This document shows positions 17,533-26,506 of a DNA stretch of 39,742 nt, piece after piece. Position numbers and translations under genes: made by a program. The first letter of the stretch is position 1. Each line of letters opens with the position of its first letter. Under the pieces are notes generated by a model. That model ran no database searches and was not told where the DNA came from. It saw only the letters and a program-made list of their open reading frames with translations. Source of the DNA: a virus (lineage: Duplodnaviria; Heunggongvirae; Uroviricota; Caudoviricetes); the IMG/VR virus record IMGVR_UViG_3300048850_000064, positions 1-39,742 of that record; one strand, written 5' to 3'.

Positions 17533-18051
17533 ATGTCTCTCGCCTCGAATATCTCCGATCTCGCTACACGCGTCGCAACCGAAGCCAAATCGCTCCGCAC
17601 TCTGATCAACGGCAACGAGGCCAGCCTCGCGGCGCTGACGACGGGTGCCAAATCCAGTCTGGTCGCGGCGATCAACGAGCTGAAGGCTGCGGTTGACGCC
17701 GTCTCGGGCTCGGCTGCCGGCATCAACGACGGCGTGACAAGCACCGGCAGCACCTACTCGTCTTCGAAGGTGGTCGAGCTGCTCGACGCCCTGAAGGACG
17801 AGCTGCTTGGCGCCGGCGCTTCTGCCGCGCTCGATACGATCGCCGAACTTGCCCAGGCGCTCGGCGATAACCCGAACGCAGTCGCCGATATCCTGGCCGC
17901 CCAGGCGCTGCGCGTGCGCGTCGATGCCGTTCAGGCCTTCACCGACCCGCAGAAACTGCAGGCGCGCTCCAATATCGGCGCAGTCGCCGCGACCGACGTC
18001 GGCGACACCAGCACTAATTTCGTCACGACCTTCGAGAACGGGCTGGTCTAA
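17533..18051 (+). CDS. Fibre/whisker-like coiled-coil protein
   Basis: ATG at 17533 after AAGGA. MSLASNISDLATRVA N-terminus, LTT.AK.SLVAAINE and LDTIAELAQALG motifs common in phage fibres. Ends FVTTFENGLV. Confidence 0.65.
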   Translation: MSLASNISDLATRVATEAKSLRTLINGNEASLAALTTGAKSSLVAAINELKAAVDAVSGSAAGINDGVTSTGSTYSSSKVVELLDALKDELLGAGASAALDTIAELAQALGDNPNAVADILAAQALRVRVDAVQAFTDPQKLQARSNIGAVAATDVGDTSTNFVTTFENGLV

Positions 18052-18054
18052 TTC

Positions 18055-18297
18055 ATGTCGCTCGTTTCCGGTATTCAGGATCTGGCGACACGTATCGCGG
18101 CTCAGTTTCGCGACGTCGTGATGCCGCGGCTGCTGCCCTCGGGCGGCACGGCTGGACAGGTGCTGACCAGGGCCTCCGGACCCGATGGCGCTGCTAACTG
18201 GTCGACACTGGGAACCGGCGCCTTCGTCGACATTCACGTCGGCATCACTCCACCTGCCTCGCCGCAGGAGGGTAGCGTCTGGATTGACATAAGCTGA
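18055..18297 (+). CDS. Short fibre-like protein
   Basis: MSLVSGIQDLATRIA N-terminus (paralogous to the previous gene), LPSGGTAGQVL motif, C-terminal G.TPPASPQEGSVWID. Confidence 0.65.
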   Translation: MSLVSGIQDLATRIAAQFRDVVMPRLLPSGGTAGQVLTRASGPDGAANWSTLGTGAFVDIHVGITPPASPQEGSVWIDIS

Positions 18298-19034
18298 TGG
18301 CTGTCACCGGCGCCACGCCAATTGTAAACGCTGGTATTTCGGGAGTGTCGGTTACGACCGGCAGTTTTACGCCCAGTGCCGGTGACGTTCTCATCGCCTT
18401 TTGCGTCGGCCGTGGATCCAGCGCGCTCATACCGACCATATCGGACAGTCAGGGTGGCACCTGGGAGCCTATCGGCGCCGGCATCGATCAGGGCTTTGTT
18501 ACCGCGAGACTGTTTGCCCGCAAGATCGGCAGCACCCCCTCGGCGATGACCGCTACCGTGAACTCCGGCGGAGGCACGCAAACCGGCGTCATGATCTACG
18601 CTTTTGCGGGAGCGGGCACTAATTTCACCAACTTTCAGTCCCAGTCGTCGCTCGGCACCAGCCACGCCGTCACCATGAGCCCCTACGCGGCGAGTTCACG
18701 CGTGATGACCTTTATGATCATCAACTCCGGCACGGCACAAGCTGCGCCTACGGGTGGCTTCGACGAGATCCACGACACCAACCTTGCCACCAACGTCCGC
18801 TGCCAGACTGCACACGCCAGCAGTGCGGCATCGACCAGTATCGGCTGGACCTCGAACAACAGCGATACGATCTGCTTTGCGGTCGAGATCAAGGAGCCCG
18901 CGGTCGCTCCTTCTGGCTCCGTCGTCAAGGTGCGCGTCGCCGGCGTCGATCGCACCGGCGTCTGCCGGGTCTATCTCGGCGGCACATGGATCGCCAAACC
19001 ACTCAAGGTTATGAAAGACGGAAATTGGCACTGA
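18297..19034 (+). CDS. Beta-rich putative receptor-binding/lectin-like fibre head
   Basis: Ser/Thr/Gly-rich beta protein with a C-terminal GGTW..KP.KV..DGNW motif. Lower GC3 than its neighbours. Confidence 0.55.
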   Translation: MAVTGATPIVNAGISGVSVTTGSFTPSAGDVLIAFCVGRGSSALIPTISDSQGGTWEPIGAGIDQGFVTARLFARKIGSTPSAMTATVNSGGGTQTGVMIYAFAGAGTNFTNFQSQSSLGTSHAVTMSPYAASSRVMTFMIINSGTAQAAPTGGFDEIHDTNLATNVRCQTAHASSAASTSIGWTSNNSDTICFAVEIKEPAVAPSGSVVKVRVAGVDRTGVCRVYLGGTWIAKPLKVMKDGNWH

Positions 19035-19040
19035 AAATAA

Positions 19041-19093
19041 AGTCATCAGTGAATGATCTTTTTCAATGTCAAGTCTGCAAGACGAGCTATATA
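19041..19093 (+). promoter_or_regulatory. Degenerate operator plus GCTATA-type -10 upstream of phoH
   Basis: AGTCATCAGTGAATGATC at 19041-19058 and GCTATATA at 19086-19093 in an AT-rich spacer. Confidence 0.45.
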
Positions 19094-19139
19094 TTCGATA
19101 AGCTAGAGTGACTTAACTCCCTGCATATCGGAGCTTCAC

Positions 19140-19979
19140 ATGACAAAGCAGAAGACCAGACCCGTCGCTCGTCAGGAACGGCGCGCTGCCCGCACGCGCA
19201 ATGACGAGCCCTTGTTTCGTCTGGCCGCGAAGATGGACGAAACCTCGCCGAAGGCTCCGACCAAGGCACGCAGGGAACCGGTCAAGGCACTGAACGCCGC
19301 CCAGGGCCGCTATGACGCGGCGATGCGCTCGTCCGATCTGATCTTCGGGATTGGACCGGCCGGCACGGGCAAGACCTGGCTGGGAACGGCGCGTGCCGCG
19401 GAGATGCTGCGCGACGGCCTGATCGACAAGATCGTTCTGACCCGGCCGGCCGTCGAGGCGGGCGAGAGCCTCGGCTTTCTGCCGGGCGAGCTCGAGGAGA
19501 AGTATGAGCCCTATATCCGCCCGGTTCGCGATGCGCTCGAGGAGATACTCGGCTCGTCCCACACCGAATATCTGCTGAAGGCCGGCAAGATCGAGGGGCG
19601 GCCGCTGGCCTATCTGCGCGGCGCCACGCTCAAGAACTGCTGGGTGATCGCCGACGAAATGCAGAACGCCACGGTGACGCAGCACAAGCTGCTGCTCACC
19701 CGCGTCGGCGAGGGCGCCAAATTCATCGTCAACGGCGATCCGAGCCAGTGCGACCTGTCGCGCGGCACGCCGTCGGGGCTTCTGGATGCGGTCAACCGGC
19801 TGAAGGGTCTCGACGAGGTCGCGGTCGTCAACTTCACCCGCGACGACATCGTTCGTTCCGGCTTGTGCGCGAAAATCGTGGCCGCTTACGACACTCCGTC
19901 TGATGCTCGCTATAACGCAGTCAACGATGAACGAGACGACGAAGGACTGCGACGGTATTTCAATGGACATGCTGCATGA
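19140..19979 (+). CDS. phoH: PhoH-family ATPase
   Basis: GIGPAGTGKT, IVLTRPAVE.GESLGFLPG.L.EK..PY, PLAYLRG.T, IADEMQN, LTRVGEG....VNGD..QCDL, DIVRS: the canonical PhoH motifs. Confidence 0.95.
   Translation: MTKQKTRPVARQERRAARTRNDEPLFRLAAKMDETSPKAPTKARREPVKALNAAQGRYDAAMRSSDLIFGIGPAGTGKTWLGTARAAEMLRDGLIDKIVLTRPAVEAGESLGFLPGELEEKYEPYIRPVRDALEEILGSSHTEYLLKAGKIEGRPLAYLRGATLKNCWVIADEMQNATVTQHKLLLTRVGEGAKFIVNGDPSQCDLSRGTPSGLLDAVNRLKGLDEVAVVNFTRDDIVRSGLCAKIVAAYDTPSDARYNAVNDERDDEGLRRYFNGHAA
19909..19919 (+). promoter_or_regulatory. GCTATAACGCA promoter motif, copy 1 (inside the phoH 3' end)
   Basis: Exact 11-mer repeated at 20743 and 23651, each 30-55 bp upstream of an RBS and start codon. Confidence 0.55.
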
Positions 19980-20724
19980 GGCTTCTGTAACGAACGAGGG
20001 CGCGCTATCGAAGGGTGGCGCGTCCGACACACCACGCTCCTCGCCGCTCGAGGACGATCTCTTTGCCTGGAAGCATGTCACCAACAAGGAGCTGCTCAAT
20101 CACGAGCTCGGGCTGTTCGCCTCGAAGTGGTTCGACTACCGGCAGCTCTCGCCGCTCCAGGCGACCAGGCTCTATATCGAAGCCTATGGCGACGTCTATC
20201 GCCGGCACTACCGGTCGAACTTCGATCGTCGCGCCGCCGAGCACATCAAGCCGCTCTCCGTCGACGGCATCTGGGCCGGGCTTGCCGAGAACAATCCGAA
20301 GTCGCGCCGCGCCTTTGTCGGCTGCTGGCGCGGCCGGCAGATCGCCGATTTCCTCTGCATGCCCTACGAGGTCTATATCGACCTGGCGCTACAGTTCCGG
20401 CTGAACTACTGGAACCAGCGCAACATGCCGCAGCCGACCCACCTCTATTCGGAGATGGTCGTCGAGAAGGTTCAGGAGCGCTGGGAGGAGCTGCAGTCGC
20501 GCAAGCTCTATCTCGCCGAGGACAGCGCCTACATCATCCAGAACTATGTCGGTGCCAGACACCAGGACGACTATCACGAATGGCTGATGGCCCAGGCCGG
20601 CAAGCGCACCAATCCGGCCCAGTTCCTGGCCCGCTTTATCGACGAGGATCTCCTGCCCAAGGAGAAGATCGAGCTGCGCTACGACGACCACATGATCGAG
20701 CGCGTCAATCGATATCTCCAGTGA
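19963..20724 (+). CDS. Conserved-looking hypothetical phage protein preceding the replication genes
   Basis: Likely start ATG 19963 after GAAGGA. Strong phage codon use and aromatic-rich sequence (KWFDY, YWNQ). No recognised domain. Confidence 0.7.
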   Translation: MDMLHEASVTNEGALSKGGASDTPRSSPLEDDLFAWKHVTNKELLNHELGLFASKWFDYRQLSPLQATRLYIEAYGDVYRRHYRSNFDRRAAEHIKPLSVDGIWAGLAENNPKSRRAFVGCWRGRQIADFLCMPYEVYIDLALQFRLNYWNQRNMPQPTHLYSEMVVEKVQERWEELQSRKLYLAEDSAYIIQNYVGARHQDDYHEWLMAQAGKRTNPAQFLARFIDEDLLPKEKIELRYDDHMIERVNRYLQ

Positions 20725-20742
20725 GCATCCGACGCGCTCGAC

Positions 20743-20753
20743 GCTATAACGCA
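20743..20753 (+). promoter_or_regulatory. GCTATAACGCA promoter motif, copy 2
   Basis: Intergenic, upstream of the GAGGA RBS and ATG 20786. Confidence 0.6.
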
Positions 20754-20785
20754 CGACGCAACAAGAACGACAATCGAGGACTACG

Positions 20786-21073
20786 ATGAATTACGAGCAG
20801 CGCCCGCGCACCTTCGACCTTACCAGGCGTGACCGCGAGAAGCAGAAGATGGGCGGCTTGCGCCCGCGCAAGCCGAAAGAAAAGCGCTGGTCGCATCAGG
20901 ACGATCTCGAGGCCCTGAAGGGCAAGGGCATCATCCTCAATCTCAATGACGGCAGCAGCTATACCGGCATTCTCATCGACGCGGATCAGTTCACTTTGAA
21001 GATCCAGGTCGAGAACGTGTCTTCTGCTATCACTGTTTTCAAGTCAGTAATGACTGACTACAGGGGAAACTGA
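20786..21073 (+). CDS. Hfq/Sm-like RNA-binding protein with a basic N-terminal arm
   Basis: SHQDDLEALKGKGIILNLNDGSSYTGILIDADQFTLKI...TVFKSVM aligns by eye with E. coli Hfq [41 protein letters not shown]...MVYKHAI. Confidence 0.6.
   Translation: MNYEQRPRTFDLTRRDREKQKMGGLRPRKPKEKRWSHQDDLEALKGKGIILNLNDGSSYTGILIDADQFTLKIQVENVSSAITVFKSVMTDYRGN
21025..21059 (+). promoter_or_regulatory. Operator and possible -10 embedded in the 3' end of the Hfq-like gene, upstream of the helicase
   Basis: TGCTATCAC (21025-21033), then AGTCA-GTAA-TGACT-GACT (21042-21059), in an AT-rich codon patch. Confidence 0.6.
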
Positions 21074-21074
21074 C

Positions 21075-22430
21075 ATGAGCGCAGCCCTGGAATTGGAAGA
21101 CGACGAGGATATCGGCGGCCCGGCCTACGAGTTCGACCTCGAATTCCAGAAGAAGATCGTCACGCTGCTCCTGCGCGACACCCAGTTTGCGCTGCGCGCC
21201 AAGGATCTCGTCGAGCCTGACTATTTTCTCGAAAAGGCCCACGGCTTCATCGTTTCGGTGATTAAGGACTTCGTTTCGACCTACAAGACCGTGCCCGATC
21301 GCGCCATCGTGCCGACGCTCATAAAGGACGAAATCGCTAAAAGACGAATTCGCGACGACCTCAAGGAGCCGATCAAGGACGCGCTGCGCGAAGGCCTGTC
21401 GAAGAAGGCCGACCTCTCCGGCTCGGCCTTCATTCTCGGCAAGGTCGGCGACTTCGCCAGGCACCAGGCGATCGAGAAGGCGATGATCGAGTCGATGAGG
21501 CTGCTCGAGAAGGGCGACTTCGCCGGCATCGAGAAGATCCAGAAGCGCGCCTTCAGCGTCGGCAAGGAAGTCGAAGGCGAGGAATACGACTACTGGAAGG
21601 AGATCGAGAGCCGCACCAAGGTTCGCGAGGACTTCAAGGCCGGCATCCTGGTTAGGAACGGCATCACGACCGGCATTTCCGAGTTCGACGCCCACCTCTA
21701 TCACGGCGGCTGGGGCCGGCAGGAACTGTCGCTGATCATGGGCGCGGCCAAGGCCGGCAAGTCGCTGTCGCTTGGCGAGTTCACCAAGAACGCCTCGCTT
21801 GCCGGATTCCAGACCTTCTATGCGTCCTGCGAAGTCTCGACCAGGATCATCGCCGATCGTATCGACGCGGCGCTTTCCGACACGGCCATGCGGCTGTTGA
21901 AGGACGATCCCGCGACCGTGCGCGCCAAGATCAAGGCGGCCGAGGCGAGGGCAGGGGCCTTCAAGATGCGCGACTTCGCATCCGGCACACTGAAGCCCTC
22001 GCAGCTTCACCGGATCATCGACAACTACCGCTCGGAAGGCATCATCTTCGACCTGGTCGCGGTCGACTACGCCGACATCATGGCCGCGGAATACCGCTCC
22101 GACAATCTGATCGACAATATGCGCTCGATCTATATCGACCTGCGCGCCATCGCCTGGGAGTTCAATCTCGCACTGCTGACCGCGACGCAGACCAACCGCG
22201 AAGGCGCCAAGAAGGCAACGGCCAAGGCCACCGACGTTGCCGAAGACTTCAACAAGATCCGCACGGCCGACGTCGTGCTCGGCATCAACGCGACCGATGA
22301 CGAGAAGGCATCGGGCGAGGCGCGCATCACCTGGGTCGCGTCCCGTAACTCTGAAGACGGCTTTTCCTTCCGCATCAGACAGGACCGCGAGAAACTTAAA
22401 TTTGTAACGGCGATCCTCGGCAAGGAGTGA
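21075..22430 (+). CDS. dnaB: Replicative DNA helicase, DnaB/T4 gp41-like (SF4)
   Basis: Walker A GAAKAGKS, SCEVS, VAVDYADIM Walker B, TATQTNREG, AEDFNKIRTAD, SRN. Confidence 0.9.
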   Translation: MSAALELEDDEDIGGPAYEFDLEFQKKIVTLLLRDTQFALRAKDLVEPDYFLEKAHGFIVSVIKDFVSTYKTVPDRAIVPTLIKDEIAKRRIRDDLKEPIKDALREGLSKKADLSGSAFILGKVGDFARHQAIEKAMIESMRLLEKGDFAGIEKIQKRAFSVGKEVEGEEYDYWKEIESRTKVREDFKAGILVRNGITTGISEFDAHLYHGGWGRQELSLIMGAAKAGKSLSLGEFTKNASLAGFQTFYASCEVSTRIIADRIDAALSDTAMRLLKDDPATVRAKIKAAEARAGAFKMRDFASGTLKPSQLHRIIDNYRSEGIIFDLVAVDYADIMAAEYRSDNLIDNMRSIYIDLRAIAWEFNLALLTATQTNREGAKKATAKATDVAEDFNKIRTADVVLGINATDDEKASGEARITWVASRNSEDGFSFRIRQDREKLKFVTAILGKE

Positions 22431-22492
22431 GGCGACCGGGTGCGGAATCCGGGAACCAACGCATATTCGCCATGAGCGATTAGGAGGCACAA

Positions 22493-23626
22493 GTGGATTT
22501 TGCCGAAGTCGAGCGTGAGCTCGACATGGAGTTTTTCTTCGAGCGCGAGAGCCTCGCCTACAAGATCGGGCGCGGCAGCTCCGGCATGCAGATCAACGCC
22601 AAGCACTGCCCGGCCTGTGGCGACGGCCGCTGGCGCACCTATTTCGGCGTCGACACCGGTCGCGGCAACTGCTTCGTCTGCAATGAGAGCTTCACCAAGG
22701 TCAGGTTCCTGCACTTTCATTTCGGCCACAACAACGACTGGCGCGAGACGGGCCGGGTCGCCGCCGAGCTGTTGAAGGAGCAGGGCTGGCGACCGAAGCG
22801 CATCATCACGGCCGCGGTCGAGGTCGGCGAGGTTAGGCTGCCCTATAGCAGCGAGCTGCCGCTTGCGAGCGGCGAGAACCTCGCCTATCTCGAAAATCGC
22901 GGCATCACCGGCGACTACACCAAATATTTCCACCTGCGCTGGTGCGAGGTCGGCTTCTGGCTCTACCGGCATGAAAGCGGCGAACTCAGGAAGCAGAACT
23001 TCAACGACCGCGTCATCATCCCGGTGTTCGATCTCGACGGCACCCTGGTCACCTTCCAGGGCCGCGATATCTCCGGCCGCTCCGAGAACAAGGATCTCGA
23101 GTTCCCGGTCCAGAAATACCTGTTCCCGAAGATGCTGCCGGGCACGGGCCGATTCCTCTTGAACGGCCAGAACGTCCACCTGACCAAGGATGTCGCGATG
23201 GGCGAGGGCGCTTTCGACGTCATCGCCCTGAAGATCGCCTTCGACCAGGAGGTGTCGCTGCGCCATGTCGTGCCGATCGGCTCGTTCGGCAAGCATCTGT
23301 CCTATGGCGCGCTCGACGGCAACGACCAGCTCGGCCGGCTGCTGAAACTGAAGGCGGCCGGCGTCGAGCGGGTGACGATCATGTGGGACGGCGAGGAAAA
23401 GGCGCTGACCTCGGCACTCGACGCGGCCAAGCTGATCACCGGCATTGGTATGGTCGCGCGCATCGGCCTGCTGCCGCCCGGCAAGGATCCGAACGAAGTG
23501 CCGCCCGAGGTTACCATCCGCGCCTATTACGAGGCGCGCACCTGGAACTCGAAGCTCGATCTGAAGTGGCGTCTGCAGAACCCATACTCGGCGCGGTATC
23601 GGCGGAACTACTTTTCCAGTCATTAA
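22493..23626 (+). CDS. dnaG: DNA primase (zinc-binding domain plus TOPRIM)
   Basis: GTG start after AGGAGG. CPAC...CFVC zinc domain, YLENRGI, DRVIIPV.D.DG.LV.FQGR, EGAFD, WDGE and KDPNE TOPRIM motifs. Confidence 0.88.
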   Translation: MDFAEVERELDMEFFFERESLAYKIGRGSSGMQINAKHCPACGDGRWRTYFGVDTGRGNCFVCNESFTKVRFLHFHFGHNNDWRETGRVAAELLKEQGWRPKRIITAAVEVGEVRLPYSSELPLASGENLAYLENRGITGDYTKYFHLRWCEVGFWLYRHESGELRKQNFNDRVIIPVFDLDGTLVTFQGRDISGRSENKDLEFPVQKYLFPKMLPGTGRFLLNGQNVHLTKDVAMGEGAFDVIALKIAFDQEVSLRHVVPIGSFGKHLSYGALDGNDQLGRLLKLKAAGVERVTIMWDGEEKALTSALDAAKLITGIGMVARIGLLPPGKDPNEVPPEVTIRAYYEARTWNSKLDLKWRLQNPYSARYRRNYFSSH

Positions 23627-23661
23627 TGAATGATCACCCGTCGCACGCTTGCTATAACGCA
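23618..23661 (+). promoter_or_regulatory. Operator plus GCTATAACGCA promoter motif, copy 3
   Basis: AGTCA-TTAA-TGAAT-GATC (23618-23635) overlapping the primase stop. TGCTATAACGCA at 23650-23661. Confidence 0.65.
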
Positions 23662-23694
23662 TGCAGAGACACAAAGAGAGAAAGGATTGAGCGA

Positions 23695-24222
23695 ATGAGC
23701 GCTTATCCGATGACCGTTCAGAAGGTCTATCTGGAGCATGTGGGCGGAACCAAGTTTTACGCCCTGACACTGATTTTCAACAGCAACGACAAGGCGCTTT
23801 TCATTCGGCGCTGGGGTCGCAAGGGCGTCTTCGGCGACATGATCGTCGAGGAGCACAACACCCACAAGGCCGGCGTCGCCGCCTACGAGAAGCTGCTGCG
23901 CGAAAAGAGCAGCGGCCGCAAGGGCTACGAGGTCAAGAGCGAAGGTCAGGACGACGTTCATGACGGCGTCGACGAGCTGCGGCGCGTCGTCGGTCTGGCC
24001 CAGTGGGCGAAGCTGTCGCCCAAGGCCCTCAAGCATATCGATCCGGCGATCGACACGACCGGCGTGCGCGAGCCCGATCCGCCGCGGTTCGATGAGAACG
24101 GCGACTATCTCGGCGAGGCGCCGGTGCGCAAGGTCGAGATCACCGAGGAGATGGTCGAGGCCGACAAGCGCGCCCGCATGGAGAGCGCCTACAGCTCCAA
24201 CCCGAAGTTCGGCATGTTCTGA
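23695..24222 (+). CDS. WGR-domain protein
   Basis: ATG 23695 after AAGGA. GTKFY.L.......F.RRWGRKG..G......A..AYEKLLREK...KGY is the WGR pattern. Ends YSSNPKFGMF. Confidence 0.75.
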   Translation: MSAYPMTVQKVYLEHVGGTKFYALTLIFNSNDKALFIRRWGRKGVFGDMIVEEHNTHKAGVAAYEKLLREKSSGRKGYEVKSEGQDDVHDGVDELRRVVGLAQWAKLSPKALKHIDPAIDTTGVREPDPPRFDENGDYLGEAPVRKVEITEEMVEADKRARMESAYSSNPKFGMF

Positions 24223-24503
24223 TGGACGAACTCCTCAGATCGTTACGCGGGGAGGCGCATAATCTCGAGGGAAGTGAGGTGACTGTCTGGCTTTCCAAGA
24301 GGTCGGCCGAGCTCGCATCGCATCCCGATCTCGACGCGATTTCCACGATCCTCGAGGATATCGGGACCATCGAACACGGACCCCACCAGGTCCGCGTGGT
24401 CAGCGCCCGCGTTCGCACCGTGATCCGACGTGCTCTTGCCCGGCGTGATGTCGAGCGGCGCGAGCGGCTCTACGAAAACAACTCAAAATACGGAATGTTC
24501 TGA
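24222..24503 (+). CDS. Hypothetical protein with shared C-terminal motif
   Basis: TGATG-coupled on both sides. Ends YENNSKYGMF. Confidence 0.65.
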   Translation: MDELLRSLRGEAHNLEGSEVTVWLSKRSAELASHPDLDAISTILEDIGTIEHGPHQVRVVSARVRTVIRRALARRDVERRERLYENNSKYGMF

Positions 24504-25075
24504 TGGCACAGGTTTCGTTTCAGAAGCGGGTGACGCTGTCCTACCGCAACAAGTTCACATTCACCTGCCCGATCTTCAATTCGAAGACGGAGATGGGCGC
24601 CTGCATGAAGCTGCGCGATCTCGTCTGGGCCGGCGCACAGGTCGACGTCCGGCGCGGCTGCCAGGCGGCTATGGGCTGCAGCATGTGCCCGGTCGCGGCA
24701 CTGGTCTCCATGCACATCTACAACAACAACTGGGACAATGACTTCCACGGTTCGATCGAGCCGAAGGAAGGCAAGCTGCACGCCCAGGTGCTCGATCGCG
24801 TCGCCCGCGTCATTCCGCGCGAGGACATCGTCAAGAAGCTCGGCCTGTCCGAGACCGAGCACAGTCTTCTCTATTCGGCGCGCGAACGCATTGCCGAGCA
24901 GCTCAAGACCGCTCCGGGCGAGAAGCCGAAAGCCGCATCCGATTACGAGGCGCCGGCGCGCGCATCCAAGCCCAAGCCGAAGAAGTCGGCGGCTCCCGCG
25001 CCAAAGACCGAAGACGCAGTCGCGACCGCAGCCAAGAGCGGCGATCTCGCCGCTGCAATCAACGCCGCAGCATAA
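24503..25075 (+). CDS. Hypothetical Cys-containing protein with a Lys/Ala/Pro-rich tail
   Basis: TCP...AC...GCQAAMGCSMCP (possible metal site). TGATG-coupled. Confidence 0.65.
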   Translation: MAQVSFQKRVTLSYRNKFTFTCPIFNSKTEMGACMKLRDLVWAGAQVDVRRGCQAAMGCSMCPVAALVSMHIYNNNWDNDFHGSIEPKEGKLHAQVLDRVARVIPREDIVKKLGLSETEHSLLYSARERIAEQLKTAPGEKPKAASDYEAPARASKPKPKKSAAPAPKTEDAVATAAKSGDLAAAINAAA

Positions 25076-25087
25076 CAAGGAGACAAA

Positions 25088-26470
25088 ATGCTGAGATTGA
25101 TCGAGGAGATCGCGGCCGAGTCCGGCCGCCTGGAAAAAGAAAAGCTGCTCGCCGAGCTCGCGGCGACGGACGAAGGCAAGTTCGTCCTCAAATGGACCTA
25201 CGACCCGTTCATCACCTATGGCGTCACGCCACCTCGCCAGCCTGGCACCGGTAAGTTCGAGTTCCGGCCGAGCCTGGTCAAGCCGCTGCTCGAGAAGCTC
25301 GCCGCGCGCAAGCTCACCGGCAATGCGGCGCAGGCCGAGATCGCCGAATGCATGAACGTGCTGAACGAGCGCGGCGCCGAGCTGCTCTGGCGCATCCTGT
25401 CGAAGGATCTCAAATGCGGCATTGGTGACGTGACGATCAAGAAGATGGCGCCGGGCCTGGTGCCGACCTTCTCGGTCATGCGCGCCCACAAGTTCGAGGA
25501 GAAGCGGATCAAGAAATGGCCGCAGATCGTCGAGCCGAAGCTCGACGGCTACCGCTTCACCTTCCTCTGTCGCGGCGGGCACGGTGGCTTCTTCTCGCGC
25601 TCGGGTATCCGTCAGCCGGCCGCCGACCACCTGGTCGAGCCGATGATCGCGACTGCCTTCAAGGCGGCGCATGGCAGCGAGGCGATTTGCGAGACGCTCG
25701 CCGAGATGAAATCGTTCAACGATGACCGCGCCAACCTCAATTTCATGGCCGACGGCGAAATGCTGATGGACGGTCACTTCAACGAGAACGGTGCGCTCCG
25801 GCGTCAGGACGAGCAGGCCGAGGGTGCGAAGTTCCATATCTTCGACCTGATGCCCTATGCCGACTTCGACGCCGTCGGCTCTGTCGGCCGACCCTATATG
25901 GAGCGGCGCACGCTTGTCGAGGAATTCGTCAAGCACGCAGCGACCCCGGAGATCACCAAGACGCCGCGCTATTTCGCCAATTCGTTCGAGGACATTCACA
26001 ATCTCTACGGCATGTTCCGCGAGCGCGGCCTCGAGGGCGCGATGGTCAAGAACCCCGAGGGCCTCTACGACAAGAAGAAGTCCTATGGCTGGCTCAAGAT
26101 CAAGGCCGAGGAAAGCGAGGATCTGCCGATCGTCGGAGCCTATCCCGGCGAGCCGAATACCAAATACGAACACTGCCTCGGCGGAGCTATTGTCAGGCGG
26201 CCCAACGGCGTCGAGGTGCGCGTAGGCGGTGGCTGGAGCGATCAGCAGCGCGAGGAGGTGTGGAAGGCCTATCAGGAGGATCTGGCCGAGCTCGAGCGCA
26301 ACGGCGCTACGCTCGAAGATCCGAGTTTCGATGGCCGGCCGCGCTTCCTGCTTCGCATGATCGAGGTGCTCTATCACGAGGAAACGCCCGACGGCTCGCT
26401 GCGTCACCCGCGCTTCAAGTGCTTCCGCGACGACAAAGCCGGGGAGGTCGAAGAAAAAGTTGCTGCCTGA
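25088..26470 (+). CDS. ATP-dependent DNA ligase
   Basis: Motif I EPKLDGYR, III ADGEM, IIIa FHIFD, IV EGAMVK, V WLKIK, VI LRHPRF. AGGAG RBS. Confidence 0.95.
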   Translation: MLRLIEEIAAESGRLEKEKLLAELAATDEGKFVLKWTYDPFITYGVTPPRQPGTGKFEFRPSLVKPLLEKLAARKLTGNAAQAEIAECMNVLNERGAELLWRILSKDLKCGIGDVTIKKMAPGLVPTFSVMRAHKFEEKRIKKWPQIVEPKLDGYRFTFLCRGGHGGFFSRSGIRQPAADHLVEPMIATAFKAAHGSEAICETLAEMKSFNDDRANLNFMADGEMLMDGHFNENGALRRQDEQAEGAKFHIFDLMPYADFDAVGSVGRPYMERRTLVEEFVKHAATPEITKTPRYFANSFEDIHNLYGMFRERGLEGAMVKNPEGLYDKKKSYGWLKIKAEESEDLPIVGAYPGEPNTKYEHCLGGAIVRRPNGVEVRVGGGWSDQQREEVWKAYQEDLAELERNGATLEDPSFDGRPRFLLRMIEVLYHEETPDGSLRHPRFKCFRDDKAGEVEEKVAA

Positions 26471-26475
26471 CGTGA

Positions 26476-26500
26476 TCAGTGATCACTGAATTGCTATAAT
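26476..26500 (+). promoter_or_regulatory. Extended -10 promoter with an operator-like palindrome
   Basis: Perfect palindrome TCAGTGATCACTGA (26476-26489), then TG-C-TATAAT (26492-26500), just after the ligase stop. Confidence 0.6.
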
Positions 26501-26506
26501 ACCCAC

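Noticed and set aside
19140-19979. phoH as evidence of Pho-regulon or phosphate-stress control
   Set aside because: I saw no PHO-box direct repeats upstream. Phage PhoH proteins are widespread ATPases, so the name alone does not support that function.
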